A stretch of DNA of 64,000 nucleotides from Candidatus Komeilibacteria bacterium (GCA_048538275.1 JBLYPW010000003.1:15248-79247), one strand, 5' to 3'. Positions 18,805-29,928 are shown, counted from the stretch's first letter. Numbers and translations: made by a program. Notes: a model not told the origin generated them from the sequence alone.

Positions 18805-19428
18805 ATGCATGTCCAATGGTTTGGCAATACTTGTTTAAAGATTCAGTCTAATGGCGCTACGGTGGTTATTGATCCTTATAAGATCGGTAATTTAAAATCA
18901 CCACGCATGGCGGCTGACGTTTTATTATTAACTAGTCAAGATTTTTTTGGAGCCTCTTCTAGTGTGAGTGGCGATAAGTTTTTGATAGATTCGCCGGGAG
19001 AATACGAGGTTAAGAATATTATGATCACGGCTTTATCCAGCAATGGCAATGGTGATACCAAGGCGCAAACTTTTTATTATCTTGATTTGCATGGTATTTC
19101 CGTGGCTCATTTGGGACGCGCGCAGAAGGGTCAGCTGTCTGATAAACAATTGGAGATGTTGGAAAACGTAGACTTGTTATTTGTGCCGGTTGGTGGTAGC
19201 AATGCGGTAGATGCTAAGGGAGCCGCACAGTTGGTCAGTCAGATTGATCCTAAAATTGTCGTGCCTATATATTATAGTACGACTAAGTTGAAAATGAAGT
19301 TGGATAGTTTAGACAAGTTTATTAAAGAAATGAGTGTGAAGTCAGAATCAACCGATAAAATTTCTTTGAAGGCTAAAGATTTGCCAGTAGATGATATGAA
19401 AATGATAATTCTTCAACCATCAGTTTGA
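18805..19428 (+). CDS. MBL-fold hydrolase-like protein (UPF0173-like), metal-binding motif apparently degenerate
   Basis: The N-terminus MHVQWFGNTCLKIQSNGATVVIDPYK matches the MBL-fold UPF0173 start. The position of HxHxDH is occupied by LLLTSQDFFGAS. Confidence 0.4.
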   Translation: MHVQWFGNTCLKIQSNGATVVIDPYKIGNLKSPRMAADVLLLTSQDFFGASSSVSGDKFLIDSPGEYEVKNIMITALSSNGNGDTKAQTFYYLDLHGISVAHLGRAQKGQLSDKQLEMLENVDLLFVPVGGSNAVDAKGAAQLVSQIDPKIVVPIYYSTTKLKMKLDSLDKFIKEMSVKSESTDKISLKAKDLPVDDMKMIILQPSV

Positions 19429-19429
19429 T

Positions 19430-20152
19430 ATGACAGCGCAACACATTAAAAAACAATGGTATGGATGGGTTATAATTCTAGTTATTTTGGTTATCATTAT
19501 GTGGTTTGTAACTTGGCAGAACGAATGGTATCAGAGTCGTCAAGTAAATAATGAAGACAGTTTGCAATCTACTTGGCAGGATTTGGCCAAGCAGTGGCAA
19601 AAATTGCAAGGGGAGACTAATGTAAATAGCAATAAAGTGGCTGCAATATTACGCCAATGGAGACAACAGACAACTAATGATCTTGGTGCTGGCGAGTGGT
19701 TAAATTATCTTAGTCAAAGGATAGATACCTGGCAACTGGCTGATTGGCAAGAGGTTAGCATGGCCACATTAAACTGGCGCATGCCGGCTGATTGGCAGGC
19801 GCAAGAGGAGGACGGTGTTATTTTGATAATGAATGATATTGCTGAACCAGTAATGCGCATAGTTTCTCTGGCGCAAGCTAGTGATTTGCCGGATAATATT
19901 AACAATTTAACTTTAATTGATTGGTTGGATCAGCAGCAGCAGCGTGCTTTAGGCATCGTGGCTGATTGGCAAGAGCAAAGCATGCATGACATTTCTGATG
20001 GCTATTTAGTAACTTATAAAAACAATGATTGGCAAACCGGGTTTTGGTGGCAAATGGGTGACGGCGTTTATCATATTGATGCTACCAGTATTATAGACAA
20101 TAATCTTTTTTCATTAATTATTTCAACTTTAAATTATAACAATGCCAGCTAA
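19430..20152 (+). CDS. Membrane-anchored protein with periodic DWQ/WQ repeats, hypothetical
   Basis: An N-terminal TM helix is followed by about 7 W-Q containing repeats ([51 protein letters not shown]). The gene is tightly coupled to its neighbours. Confidence 0.45.
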   Translation: MTAQHIKKQWYGWVIILVILVIIMWFVTWQNEWYQSRQVNNEDSLQSTWQDLAKQWQKLQGETNVNSNKVAAILRQWRQQTTNDLGAGEWLNYLSQRIDTWQLADWQEVSMATLNWRMPADWQAQEEDGVILIMNDIAEPVMRIVSLAQASDLPDNINNLTLIDWLDQQQQRALGIVADWQEQSMHDISDGYLVTYKNNDWQTGFWWQMGDGVYHIDATSIIDNNLFSLIISTLNYNNAS

Positions 20153-22715
20153 AAAAACTAATAAGAAAAAAACAGCTAAAGCAAAGGTTCGGACAAAAGC
20201 AGCCAAAGCCAAAGCGGTGCAGCCCCAAAAAACCGTTGCAAAAAAGGCCAAGCCGGTGGAAGATAGCAAGGTGAAAGAACCTGCCCGCATTGAGCATCTG
20301 TCCATCGTACAGGAGATGGAGACTTCCTATTTGGATTATGCTATGAGTGTTATTGTGCAGCGCGCTTTGCCTGATGTACGTGATGGTTTAAAGCCGGTAC
20401 ACCGCCGTATTTTATATGCTATGTGGGGGATTGGTTTGAAGCCGGGGGCTAAATTTAGAAAATCTGCCACTGTGGTTGGTGAGGTGTTGGGTAAATATCA
20501 TCCGCACGGTGATTCGGCGGTTTATGATTCTATGGTGCGTATGGCACAGGATTTTGCTATGCGTTATCCACTAGTAAATGGCCAAGGTAACTTTGGTTCT
20601 ATGGACGGCGACACAGCGGCGGCTATGCGTTATACAGAAGCTAAGTTAATGCCGGTAGCGGAAGAAATGTTAGCTGACTTGGATAAGGATACGGTTAATT
20701 TTATACCCAATTATGATGGTACTCAAAAAGAGCCATCTGTATTACCGGCTCGCTTGCCCAATCTATTATTAAACGGTGCTATGGGCATTGCGGTGGGCAT
20801 GGCGACCAATATTCCGCCCCACAATTTAACTGAGTTGGCCGATGGCATTATTTATTTGTTGGAACATAGCGATGCCACAGTGGATGATTTGATGCAATTT
20901 GTTACTGGCCCTGATTTTCCAACCGGCGGTATTATTTATGATATTAATGAAATCAAATCTGCTTATGCTTCAGGTAAAGGTTCTATCGTGATGCGCGGCA
21001 GAGCCGAGATAGTAGAGGCCGGTAATGACCGTTTTAATATTATCATTACCGAAGTTCCTTATCAGGTAAATAAAGCAACGATGCTGGAACAGATTGCCGA
21101 CTTGGTGAAAAATAAGAAAATTGACGGCATTAAAGATTTGCGTGATGAATCAGATAAAGATGGCGTGCGCGTCGTGATTGAATTAAAAAAAGATGCCTAC
21201 CCCAAGAAAGTTCTTAATAGTTTGTATAAACATACCCAATTGCAATCAAGTTTCCATGTCAATATGTTGGCTCTGGTGGACGGTTTACAACCCAAAGTAC
21301 TAACTTTGAAAATGATTTTGGAAGAATATGTTAAACACCGAGAAGAAGTAGTCAGACGACGGACACAGTATGATTTGGATAAGGCTAAAGATAGAGCACA
21401 TATTTTAGAAGGTTTAGTATTGGCTTTGCATGATATTGATAAGGTGATCGCCACTATCAAAAAATCCAAAGATCGTGATGATGCCAAAATAAATTTGATT
21501 AAAAAGTTTAAGCTAAGTGAATTGCAGGCTCTGGCTATTTTAGAAATGCGCTTACAGCAATTAGCCAATTTGGAGCGCATCAAAGTAGAAACTGAATTAA
21601 AAGAAAAACAAAAGTTAATTAAAGAATTAACGGCTATTTTGAAGAGTGTACAGAAGATTCGCGCTATTATAAAAAAGGAAGTAGAGGACTTGCGTGATAA
21701 ATATGGTGATGAACGCCGTACCAAAGTAGTAAAATCAGCTGTCAACAAATTATCATCAGAAGATCTTATTCCCAATGAAGCCACAGTTGTGATGGTGACC
21801 AGAGATGGTTATATCAAGCGCCTGGCACCGGATACTTTCCGTAGTCAAGGTCGGGGTGGTAAGGGCGTAATTGGTTTAACTACCAAAGAGGAAGATATGG
21901 TAGATCAATTCTTTTCCACTAATACGCATGCCGACTTGATGTTTTTTACCACGCGAGGACGGGTATTTAAGCTCAAGGCTTATGAAGTGCCGACCGGCAG
22001 TCGTCAGGCTAAGGGTCAGGCGATTGTGAACTTTTTACAATTGGCGCCGGAAGAAAAAGTTACTTCCATATTGTCTTTGGAAGATTTGACGCCGTATAAG
22101 TATTTACTCATGGTAACGCGACAAGCGGTTATCAAAAAAGTGTCTTTGGATGCCTTTACTAATGTACGTCGTTCTGGTTTGATCGCTATCAAGCTTAAAG
22201 AAGATGATGTGTTGGAATGGGTCAAGCCGACTTCAGGCAAAGACAATATTATATTAGTTAGCGCCAAAGGACAGGCGATTCGTTTCAAAGAGGACGATGT
22301 GCGAGCAATGGGCCGCGGTGCGGCCGGTGTACGCGGGATTCGGCTCAAAGGCGATGATGTGGTAGTGGGAATGGATGTTTTGGATAGCGGTAAGGCCAGT
22401 AATACTGAGCAGTTATTGGTGGTAATGTCCAAAGGTTATGGCAAGCGTACGGCTTTAAGCGCTTATAAGATTCAACACCGTGGCGGCACTGGCATTCGCA
22501 CGGCGCGTATTACCGATAAGACCGGAGAGATTATCGGAGGTTTCATTGTAGATGCTAAACGAGAAAAAGAAGACATTATTATTATTTCGGAAAAAGGTCA
22601 GGTGATTCGTTTACAGCTCAAGACCGTCAATGTGATTGGTCGTGACACGCAAGGCGTGCGTCTGATGAAATTTAAAGATGTAGAAGATAAAGCAGCTAAT
22701 GTGACTTTTATTTAA
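20142..22715 (+). CDS. gyrA: DNA gyrase subunit A with a 43-codon in-frame Lys/Ala-rich N-terminal extension (alternative start GTG 20271)
   Basis: [33 protein letters not shown] is followed by the active-site AAMRYTE (Tyr) and the GyrA box QGRGGKG. The C-terminus has beta-pinwheel repeats. Confidence 0.9.
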   Translation: MPAKKTNKKKTAKAKVRTKAAKAKAVQPQKTVAKKAKPVEDSKVKEPARIEHLSIVQEMETSYLDYAMSVIVQRALPDVRDGLKPVHRRILYAMWGIGLKPGAKFRKSATVVGEVLGKYHPHGDSAVYDSMVRMAQDFAMRYPLVNGQGNFGSMDGDTAAAMRYTEAKLMPVAEEMLADLDKDTVNFIPNYDGTQKEPSVLPARLPNLLLNGAMGIAVGMATNIPPHNLTELADGIIYLLEHSDATVDDLMQFVTGPDFPTGGIIYDINEIKSAYASGKGSIVMRGRAEIVEAGNDRFNIIITEVPYQVNKATMLEQIADLVKNKKIDGIKDLRDESDKDGVRVVIELKKDAYPKKVLNSLYKHTQLQSSFHVNMLALVDGLQPKVLTLKMILEEYVKHREEVVRRRTQYDLDKAKDRAHILEGLVLALHDIDKVIATIKKSKDRDDAKINLIKKFKLSELQALAILEMRLQQLANLERIKVETELKEKQKLIKELTAILKSVQKIRAIIKKEVEDLRDKYGDERRTKVVKSAVNKLSSEDLIPNEATVVMVTRDGYIKRLAPDTFRSQGRGGKGVIGLTTKEEDMVDQFFSTNTHADLMFFTTRGRVFKLKAYEVPTGSRQAKGQAIVNFLQLAPEEKVTSILSLEDLTPYKYLLMVTRQAVIKKVSLDAFTNVRRSGLIAIKLKEDDVLEWVKPTSGKDNIILVSAKGQAIRFKEDDVRAMGRGAAGVRGIRLKGDDVVVGMDVLDSGKASNTEQLLVVMSKGYGKRTALSAYKIQHRGGTGIRTARITDKTGEIIGGFIVDAKREKEDIIIISEKGQVIRLQLKTVNVIGRDTQGVRLMKFKDVEDKAANVTFI

Positions 22716-22721
22716 TTTTTT

Positions 22722-22752
22722 AAGCCGCGAGACAAGCTTGTCTCGCGGCTTA
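22722..22752. terminator. Perfect 15-bp palindrome AAGCCGCGAGACAAG/CTTGTCTCGCGGCTT (HindIII site at centre)
   Basis: Lies between the convergent gyrA and M23 peptidase genes. Confidence 0.5.
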
Positions 22753-22756
22753 ACAC

Positions 22757-22794
22757 AAAACCCCCACTTTGCCGATGGCATAGTGGGGGTTTTA
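22757..22794. terminator. Second hairpin AAAACCCCCACT-N13-AGTGGGGGTTTT, followed by a T-rich tract on plus
   Basis: 11-bp stem. It is probably the gyrA terminator and bidirectional. Confidence 0.5.
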
Positions 22795-22805
22795 TTAATA
22801 AATTA

Positions 22806-24068
22806 TTATTTGATATATTCCAGCGGATTTACTTTTTTGTCATTGGATCTGACTTCAAAATGGATATGAGGACCGGTGGATCGTCCGGTAGAGCCAATAG
22901 CGGCAATTATATCTCCACGAGATACGGTTTCACCTTTTTTTACATATAGTTTGGAACAATGCCCGTAGAGCGTTTTTAATCCACCACCGTGATTAATTAT
23001 AATATAGTAACCATAACCACCATTATTCCAACCAGCTGCTTCAACTTTGCCGGATTCGGCCGCGTAAATTGGTTGGCCTACGCCATTGCCTATATCTAGA
23101 CCGGTGTGACGCCAGCTAAAATACTGAGTGATACGTCTAGACGTAGTGGGCCATAAGAAACGTCCGCCAGCATCAGTAGCGGGGTCATTGGCGGTGGGCT
23201 GACTACTAAAAACATTGGTAACGGGTTTACTTACTGGGCGGTATGTTGCTGGCTTGATACCGCCGGGCAGTATCAAATCTTCGCCCGCTCTAATATCGTT
23301 GGCAGAGGCTAATTTGTTGAATTCTATAATTTTATTGATATCCGACTGATAGGTAGTGGCAATTTTTTCTAAAGTATCACCACTTTTAACACTGTAAAGT
23401 AATCCGCTGGTAGGCATTATTTTTAATTTTTGACCAGGCCGAATAATGCTGTAAGCGGTTAAGTCATTTGCCCACAGTAGAGTGTCGGTGCTGATATTAA
23501 ATTGCGCCGCAATGGTGGATAAAACATCGCCAGATTGCACGGTGTATTCTATAATTTCTCGTGTTTGGCTAGGCTCTGGCGTGGCGCCACCGGTATCAAC
23601 CGCCTGCAATGAACTCTCATCCGGTGTTAGCATGGCTAGGTCTGGTTTGCTGACAGGAGGCTCGTCTAAAATCACATCTTCTTCCGACAAAGCTTCATTA
23701 CGTAAAAATGATTGAGGCGGTGTTAGTTGGCTGTCGCTTAGAGGACCTTCTGTGACTTCTTCATTTTCATGAAAATCTTCTCCGCTATTTGTTAAAGAAA
23801 AAATAAGAGTATCGCGTGCGAAATTTTCTGGAGCAACATTTTGGGCATGCAAGCTTTGCCAGGCAGTTAATAATAGTATAATTATTATTAGAGAGTAGGG
23901 TAAATAGCGAGATAACCAGCGCAAAATATTTTGGCGATTTTCATATAATTTGCTTAGGCGGTAACCAGATTTTTTTAGTAATGAATATAGCGGTAATAGT
24001 AGCCATCGCCACAATAATAATAGTAGCCACCGCAAAGGAGTTATAAACCATAAAAAAACTTGCCGCAA
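22806..24068 (-). CDS. LysM-domain M23-family metallopeptidase (LytM/NlpD-like cell wall hydrolase)
   Basis: An N-terminal TM is followed by two LysM repeats (DVLSTIAAQFNIS..., DTLEKIATTYQSD...). The M23 signatures are HTGLDIG...GGYGYYIIINHGGGLKTLYGHCS and GRSTGPHIHFEV. Confidence 0.85.
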   Translation of the reverse strand: MRQVFLWFITPLRWLLLLLWRWLLLPLYSLLKKSGYRLSKLYENRQNILRWLSRYLPYSLIIIILLLTAWQSLHAQNVAPENFARDTLIFSLTNSGEDFHENEEVTEGPLSDSQLTPPQSFLRNEALSEEDVILDEPPVSKPDLAMLTPDESSLQAVDTGGATPEPSQTREIIEYTVQSGDVLSTIAAQFNISTDTLLWANDLTAYSIIRPGQKLKIMPTSGLLYSVKSGDTLEKIATTYQSDINKIIEFNKLASANDIRAGEDLILPGGIKPATYRPVSKPVTNVFSSQPTANDPATDAGGRFLWPTTSRRITQYFSWRHTGLDIGNGVGQPIYAAESGKVEAAGWNNGGYGYYIIINHGGGLKTLYGHCSKLYVKKGETVSRGDIIAAIGSTGRSTGPHIHFEVRSNDKKVNPLEYIK

Positions 24069-24455
24069 GCCTCTGCCAATATAGAAAAGAAACTTGATAG
24101 CAAGTAATAAACTTTTGAGTAGTATTTGTTTGAATCGTATAGAGATACGATTAAATCTTCTAAAGTAATAAGCTTTTTAAGCGCATTATTAAACAGCGTC
24201 TAACCAGCTTAAAACTATCATTTATGATAGACAAAATATAATAGATTTATCTTAAAATGTCAAAACGCTTTTTCAGCTTTTTCAACCTTGGTGGTTGAAA
24301 CCTTGTATAATTTTATTTTTACGCTAATTTCTGCTAAAATATAAAGGTTAATATCAATTTTATGAAAAAATACAATCAGGTAGAGATTGAAAATAAATGG
24401 CCCCGCGGCATTGCTCGGGACCCATCTTAAATGAGGCAGGTTTTATTTATATATT

Positions 24456-26834
24456 ATGGAAAAGTATAATCACAGAGAAATAGAGAGTAGCTGGCAAGAA
24501 TATTGGGAAAAGCAAAAGCTCAACCAAGTGCCGGTAGGCGATCATAGTCGTCCAAAAAAGTATATTTTGGATATGTTCCCTTACCCGTCCGCTCAGGGTT
24601 TACACGTTGGTCATCCCGAGGGTTATACAGCTACCGATATATATAGCCGTTATTTGCGTTATCAAAAATTCAATGTTCTTCATCCCATGGGTTGGGACGC
24701 TTTTGGCTTGCCGGCAGAAAATTATGCTATCAAGACCGGTACTCAGCCGGCTGTGGTTACCACCAAAAATATTGAAAATTTTAAACGCCAGATTATGTCG
24801 CTTGGTTTATCTTATGACTGGTCACGTGAAGTCAATACTACGGATCCTAAATATTTTCAGTGGACGCAGTGGATTTTTTTACAACTATTTAAAAAAGGCC
24901 TTGCCTATGAAGCAGTGGTACCAATTAATTGGTGTCCTTCTTGCAAAACCGGATTAGCCAATGAAGAAGTAGTAGCCGGTAAATGCGATCGTTGCGGGCA
25001 GGTGGTGGTCAAGCAGGATATGAAGCAATGGATGCTGAAAATTACCGCTTATGCCGATAGATTATTAAATGGCTTGGATGAATTGGATTGGCCGGAGTCT
25101 ATTAAATCTCTGCAAAAAAACTGGATTGGCCGTTCGGAAGGCGCGGAAGTTGATTTTAGTATTGCCGATAGTGCAGAAAAGTTGACGGTTTTTACTACCC
25201 GGCCGGACACTTTGTTTGGCGCAACCTATATGGTAGTCGCCCCGGAGCATGAAATTATTAATAAGCTAAAAAATAAAATTTCCAATTGGGATAAAGTGCA
25301 GGATTATATTAAACAAGCAAAGAACAAATCTGATTTGGAACGGACTGATTTGGCCAAAGAAAAAAGCGGTGTTGAGTTGAAAGGCATTCAGGCTATCAAC
25401 CCCGTGAATAATAAAGAAATTCCTATTTGGGTGGCGGATTATGTTTTAGCGTCTTATGGCACGGGCGCAATTATGGCGGTGCCCGCGCATGATGAGCGCG
25501 ATTATGAGTTTGCTAGCAAGTTTAGATTGGATATCATTCAAGTTGTAGACGGAGGTAAAGAAAAATTGTTTATCGGCGACGGCATAGCTATGAATTCTGG
25601 TGAGTATAATGGTTTATCCACAGCCGAGTTTAAGAAAAAAATTATTCAATGGTTAGAAAAGCATAAAGCAGGTCGGGCGGCGGTGAATTATAAATTACGC
25701 GACTGGGTTTTTTCTCGGCAGCGTTATTGGGGCGAGCCTATTCCATTAATACATTGTGCCAAGTGTGGAATAGTACCAGTAGATGAAAAGGATTTACCAT
25801 TAGAGCTTCCAGAGGTAGATAAATACGAGCCGACCGGCACCGGTGAGTCACCACTAGCTGGCATAATGGATTGGGTGAATACAAAATGTCCGCAATGCGG
25901 TGGTGCGGCCAAGCGCGAGACAAATACCATGCCTCAGTGGGCCGGGTCCTCTTGGTACTGGTTACGTTTTACGGATCCAAACAATGAGAAAGTTTTTGCC
26001 GATCAGGCAGAATTAAAATATTGGTTACCGGTGGATGTTTATGTCGGTGGCGCCGAACACGCGGTCTTGCATTTATTATATGCGCGCTTTTGGAATATGG
26101 TTTTGTTTGACCTGGGATTTGTTCCTATTGAAGAACCGTTTAAAAAACTAATTAATCAAGGGTTGATATTGGGTCCTGATGGCGAGAAAATGTCAAAGTC
26201 ACGTGGCAATGTAATCAATCCAGATAGCGTGGTGGAAGAATACGGCGCTGACACCTTGCGTTTGTATGAGATGTTTATGGGGCCCTTGGAAGATTCTAAA
26301 CCGTGGGATACCAAAAGTATTGTTGGTGTGCGCAGATTTTTGGACAAGGTTTATAGATTAAGCGATAAGATTGGCAATGCAGATAAAGACAATATTTTAT
26401 TGCATAAGACTATTAAAAAAGTTGGTGAAGATATTGTCGGTTTTCGTTTTAATACAGCGATTTCTGCTATGATGATTTTTATTAACGAAGCCAAGATTAT
26501 CAGTAAAAACGATTGGGAAAAATTTTTAATTATTCTTTCTCCTTTTGCGCCGCACTTGGCGGAAGAATTGTGGCATAGACTAGGCTATCAAGATTCTATC
26601 TTCTTGAGTGATTGGCCGCAGTATGATAAAAAATTGGCACAAGACGATAAATTTGAATTAGTAGTACAAGTGAACGGTAAGGTGCGGGATAAGGTGTTGG
26701 TTAAAACAGGTATTAGCCAAATAGAGGTAGAGAAATTGATTCAAAAATCAGACAAGGTGCAAAAATATTTAGATGGCGCGACTGTTAAAAAAATTATTTA
26801 TGTGCCCAATAAACTGGTTAATATAGTTTTTTAG
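24456..26834 (+). CDS. leuS: Leucyl-tRNA synthetase
   Basis: Has the HIGH motif HVGHPEGY and the KMSKS motif KMSKSRGN, with a class-I LeuS N-terminus and editing-domain architecture. The protein is 792 aa. Confidence 0.9.
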   Translation: MEKYNHREIESSWQEYWEKQKLNQVPVGDHSRPKKYILDMFPYPSAQGLHVGHPEGYTATDIYSRYLRYQKFNVLHPMGWDAFGLPAENYAIKTGTQPAVVTTKNIENFKRQIMSLGLSYDWSREVNTTDPKYFQWTQWIFLQLFKKGLAYEAVVPINWCPSCKTGLANEEVVAGKCDRCGQVVVKQDMKQWMLKITAYADRLLNGLDELDWPESIKSLQKNWIGRSEGAEVDFSIADSAEKLTVFTTRPDTLFGATYMVVAPEHEIINKLKNKISNWDKVQDYIKQAKNKSDLERTDLAKEKSGVELKGIQAINPVNNKEIPIWVADYVLASYGTGAIMAVPAHDERDYEFASKFRLDIIQVVDGGKEKLFIGDGIAMNSGEYNGLSTAEFKKKIIQWLEKHKAGRAAVNYKLRDWVFSRQRYWGEPIPLIHCAKCGIVPVDEKDLPLELPEVDKYEPTGTGESPLAGIMDWVNTKCPQCGGAAKRETNTMPQWAGSSWYWLRFTDPNNEKVFADQAELKYWLPVDVYVGGAEHAVLHLLYARFWNMVLFDLGFVPIEEPFKKLINQGLILGPDGEKMSKSRGNVINPDSVVEEYGADTLRLYEMFMGPLEDSKPWDTKSIVGVRRFLDKVYRLSDKIGNADKDNILLHKTIKKVGEDIVGFRFNTAISAMMIFINEAKIISKNDWEKFLIILSPFAPHLAEELWHRLGYQDSIFLSDWPQYDKKLAQDDKFELVVQVNGKVRDKVLVKTGISQIEVEKLIQKSDKVQKYLDGATVKKIIYVPNKLVNIVF

Positions 26835-27042
26835 TTATTGACTAATAAAAGTATTTCTTGCGCTGAAAGACGACTCATTTTTTGAATGGTTGCAGGCTAG
26901 AGTTCAAGTTGTCGGCGATAACGGTCCACGATTTTCTGTGTTAGATGGTTGGACAAAATTATCCGTTTTTTATCGGCTCAGAGCGAAGTTTAAGCATTGT
27001 TCAGTGTGTTATAATATGAAAGTAAATAATAATTCTTTTTTT

Positions 27043-28212
27043 ATGCAACATAAAATTCATCAACTGATGACTTTTTTGCCACAGCGGATGCGGCAGGAGA
27101 TTCGTGAGCTATATTCGTCAGCTCTAATTCTCAATTTTGGTTTAGCGTTGATTTTTATTTTTGAGCCGATTTACTTATTCCGATTGGGTTATTCTTTGCA
27201 ACAGATTATGTTGTTTTGGGTTATGGTCTATGGTATTTATGTTTTTACTTTGCCACTGGGAGCAAAGGTAGCGGAAAGGTTTGGTTATGAACATACTATG
27301 TTTTACGGAACTTTCTTTTGGATTTTGCTATATTTAAGTATGTATATGATTCAGATTTATCCGGTTTTTTTCTATATTACGCCACTGATTTATGTATTGC
27401 AGAAATCATTGTACTGGCCGGCATATCATGCTGATTTCGCCAAATATTCGGAAGGTAGCGAAGGTGGCAGGGAAATAAGCACTTTGACTACTTTAAATTC
27501 TCTCATTTTTATTATTGGCCCGGCTTTGGGCGGTTTTATATTGTATGAATGGGGCTTTTCGGTTTTGTTTATTTTGGTATCGGTGATATTTTTATTGTCC
27601 AATATTCCCATGTTGATAACCAAAGAAAAGTTTGTGCCGGTGAAAATTGATTATGAGCATTCATTAAAGCGATTATTTAGACCAGAGCATCGCAAGAGTT
27701 TTTTGGCTTATTTGGGATTTGGCGAAGAAATTTTAGTGGTAGTGGTGTGGCCTATTTTTATTTCTTTATTTATCAAAAGTTATTTATCTATCGGCGGCTT
27801 GATCGCAGCCACCACTTTGTTGACGGCGGTGGTTACTATGCTGTCCGGGCGTATGTCTGATCAGATGGATAAGCGGCGCATCTTGCGTTATGGCGTGTCT
27901 TTTTATTTTATCTCTTGGATGATGCGTATATTTTGGCATTCGTCAGTGGGTATTTTTTTCACCGATACTTTGTCTCGTTTGTCTAAATCCGGTTTAATCG
28001 CCGTGCCTTTGACCGCAATCACTTATGAAAATGCCAAAAATGGTAAGGTAATAAACACCATTTTGCTATTTGAAATGAGTTTGGCTTTGGGTAAATTTTT
28101 AGCCGTACTGGCGGTATTTATTTTATTGTTTATGTTTGGCGGCGGTCTGTGGCCGTTTTATATTGCTTTTATTGTGGCTAGTTTGCTTACTTTATTGTAT
28201 GCCATTTTATAA
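27043..28212 (+). CDS. MFS-like polytopic membrane transporter (track ORF 26890..28212; start adjusted)
   Basis: About 12 TM helices. An extended -10 TGTTATAAT at 27007-27015 sits just upstream of the ATG at 27043 (MQHKIHQL...), which argues against the longer upstream extension. Confidence 0.45.
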   Translation: MQHKIHQLMTFLPQRMRQEIRELYSSALILNFGLALIFIFEPIYLFRLGYSLQQIMLFWVMVYGIYVFTLPLGAKVAERFGYEHTMFYGTFFWILLYLSMYMIQIYPVFFYITPLIYVLQKSLYWPAYHADFAKYSEGSEGGREISTLTTLNSLIFIIGPALGGFILYEWGFSVLFILVSVIFLLSNIPMLITKEKFVPVKIDYEHSLKRLFRPEHRKSFLAYLGFGEEILVVVVWPIFISLFIKSYLSIGGLIAATTLLTAVVTMLSGRMSDQMDKRRILRYGVSFYFISWMMRIFWHSSVGIFFTDTLSRLSKSGLIAVPLTAITYENAKNGKVINTILLFEMSLALGKFLAVLAVFILLFMFGGGLWPFYIAFIVASLLTLLYAIL

Positions 28213-28216
28213 ATTT

Positions 28217-29098
28217 ATGCATAGGGATTTAGCAGCGGAAACTAAATATTTGTTAAAACAGTATAATATGTCCGCCGGTCGAACAGCGGGGCAAAATTTT
28301 TTGATTGACGATAAAGTTTTACAGGACATCATTGCAGCGGCTGACATTCAGCCGTCTGATTTTGTTTTGGAAGTGGGGGCTGGTTTAGGAATATTGACTA
28401 CCCAATTGGCAAAAAGAGCTAAGCGAGTATTGGCCGTGGAATATGATGAGCGCTGTTTTCCGGCTCTACAAAAATTATCTTCCTTGCATGATAATTTGAT
28501 AATTATTCACGATGATATTCTACGATTAGCAAATAAAGAATTAGCACGGCATTTGTCCGGCGATGATTATAGAGTGATTGCCAATATACCTTATCAGATA
28601 ACGGCTAAGCTGATTTATAAATTTATACAAGACGTACCACCGGCTCAAGATTTGGTTTTATTAGTACAGCAAGAGGTGGCGGAGCGGATTACGGCTGAGC
28701 CGGGACAGATGAGCTTGTTGGCTTTAAGTGTACAGTTTTATGCTCAGGTAGAAATTATTCGTCAGGTGGATAAGCACTGTTTTTGGCCGGTGCCGGCGGT
28801 AGATTCTGCTTTGATTCATATTATTCGTCAGCCGCAAAAAATGATAGAAAGAGAGAGGCGAAATATTGATGAAAAGAGATTATGGCAGATATTGCGTAGT
28901 GGTTTTTCCAGTAAGCGCAAAACCCTGGCTAATAATTTAGCAAATAGTTTGCATTTAACCCGCACAGAGATAGAAGAAAATTTGAACAGAGTTGGTTTGT
29001 CAAAAAACTGTCGGGCACAAGAATTGTCGCTTCAGCAGTGGCTTGATTTGGTGGATATCCTGCCCGCGGGGCAGGCTTACCCCGCGGGCAGGATTTAG
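28217..29098 (+). CDS. rsmA: 16S rRNA (adenine1518/1519-N6)-dimethyltransferase RsmA/KsgA
   Basis: GQNFLIDDKVLQDII and the SAM motif VLEVGAGLGILT are present. The start is adjusted to the internal Met (MHRDLAAE), because the upstream extension overlaps the preceding gene and encodes a hydrophobic segment. Confidence 0.8.
   Translation: MHRDLAAETKYLLKQYNMSAGRTAGQNFLIDDKVLQDIIAAADIQPSDFVLEVGAGLGILTTQLAKRAKRVLAVEYDERCFPALQKLSSLHDNLIIIHDDILRLANKELARHLSGDDYRVIANIPYQITAKLIYKFIQDVPPAQDLVLLVQQEVAERITAEPGQMSLLALSVQFYAQVEIIRQVDKHCFWPVPAVDSALIHIIRQPQKMIERERRNIDEKRLWQILRSGFSSKRKTLANNLANSLHLTRTEIEENLNRVGLSKNCRAQELSLQQWLDLVDILPAGQAYPAGRI
29057..29094 (+). terminator. Perfect 15-bp hairpin ATCCTGCCCGCGGGG-N8-CCCCGCGGGCAGGAT that overlaps the last 14 codons of rsmA
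   Basis: Inverted repeat with a T-rich tract after it. It encodes the tail ...DILPAGQAYPAGRI. Confidence 0.45.
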
Positions 29099-29099
29099 G

Positions 29100-29128
29100 T
29101 TGTGAACATATGTAATTCCTGTTATAAT
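29100..29128 (+). promoter_or_regulatory. Sigma70-like promoter TTGTGA-N17-TATAAT upstream of the accessory-island operon
   Basis: Sequence TTGTGAacatatgtaattcctgtTATAAT, about 24 nt upstream of the ATG at 29152. Confidence 0.4.
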
Positions 29129-29151
29129 TTAATAGAAAAATGATCTGATTT

Positions 29152-29928
29152 ATGCCAGAATATTTAGATAAAGACGTACAACAACAAAAAGAGGGCCAAC
29201 AACCCTCTAATCCTTATTTATATTTAGGTGTTTTAGTGGGCGCAATGGTAATTTTTGGTATGACTTTTTGGCAAGTACAGCATAATATAAAAGCTCCCTT
29301 TGCCGACGATAATTCTGATAATAATGATAATCAAGTAATAGCTAATGCCGATAATCTTGATATTGAAAAACTCAAAAAACAAGATACGGACGGTGATGGT
29401 TTATCAGATTATTTGGAGCAATATGTTTATGGCACCTCCTCTTATATCGCGGACACGGATTCGGATGACATAAGTGATTCTGACGAAGTATTACAAGGTA
29501 CGGATCCATTGTGTGGTCAGGATGGTGGCTGCGCTCAGCCTATTAATACGCCCAGCGCAATGACTGGTGATGATTCTTTGGATGCTTTAATCAATAATGA
29601 TCAAGTTAATAATGATACCGGCGCATCCTCAGCAGATGGCATGACGCGTCAGCAATTAACGGATATTTTAGTACAGATGGGTTTCAATGCCACGGACCTG
29701 GCCAATGTAAGTGATCAAGATTTAGCTTTATTATACGACGAGGCTTTGCGTATGGCGCAAAATAGTGGTGATACTATAAACCCAGTCAATGATACTGGCA
29801 ATATCACGGCGGAGGAAATTCGCCAAGCCTTATTAGACAGTGGTGTTAGCGCCAGTCAGCTGGAAGGTATCACCGATGAAGAATTGATACAACTTTATCA
29901 GCAAGCTATTAGTAGCCAAGCACAATAA
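29152..29928 (+). CDS. Membrane-anchored Asp-rich protein with dockerin/thrombospondin-type-3-like Ca-binding motifs and a duplicated C-terminal helical motif
   Basis: Has a TM helix (LYLGVLVGAMVIFGMTFW), the motifs DTDGDGLSDYLE and DTDSDDISDSDE, and two approximately 35-aa repeats (...LTDILVQMGFNATDLANVSDQDLALLYDEA / ...IRQALLDSGVSASQLEGITDEELIQLYQQA). Its stop overlaps the start of the giant gene (TAATG). Confidence 0.5.
   Translation: MPEYLDKDVQQQKEGQQPSNPYLYLGVLVGAMVIFGMTFWQVQHNIKAPFADDNSDNNDNQVIANADNLDIEKLKKQDTDGDGLSDYLEQYVYGTSSYIADTDSDDISDSDEVLQGTDPLCGQDGGCAQPINTPSAMTGDDSLDALINNDQVNNDTGASSADGMTRQQLTDILVQMGFNATDLANVSDQDLALLYDEALRMAQNSGDTINPVNDTGNITAEEIRQALLDSGVSASQLEGITDEELIQLYQQAISSQAQ

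Noticed and set aside
24100-24455. T-box riboswitch upstream of leuS
   Set aside because: I could not find the conserved T-box motif (AATTAGGGTGGNACCGCG) or a specifier-loop arrangement. Only a mini-ORF and short palindromes are present.
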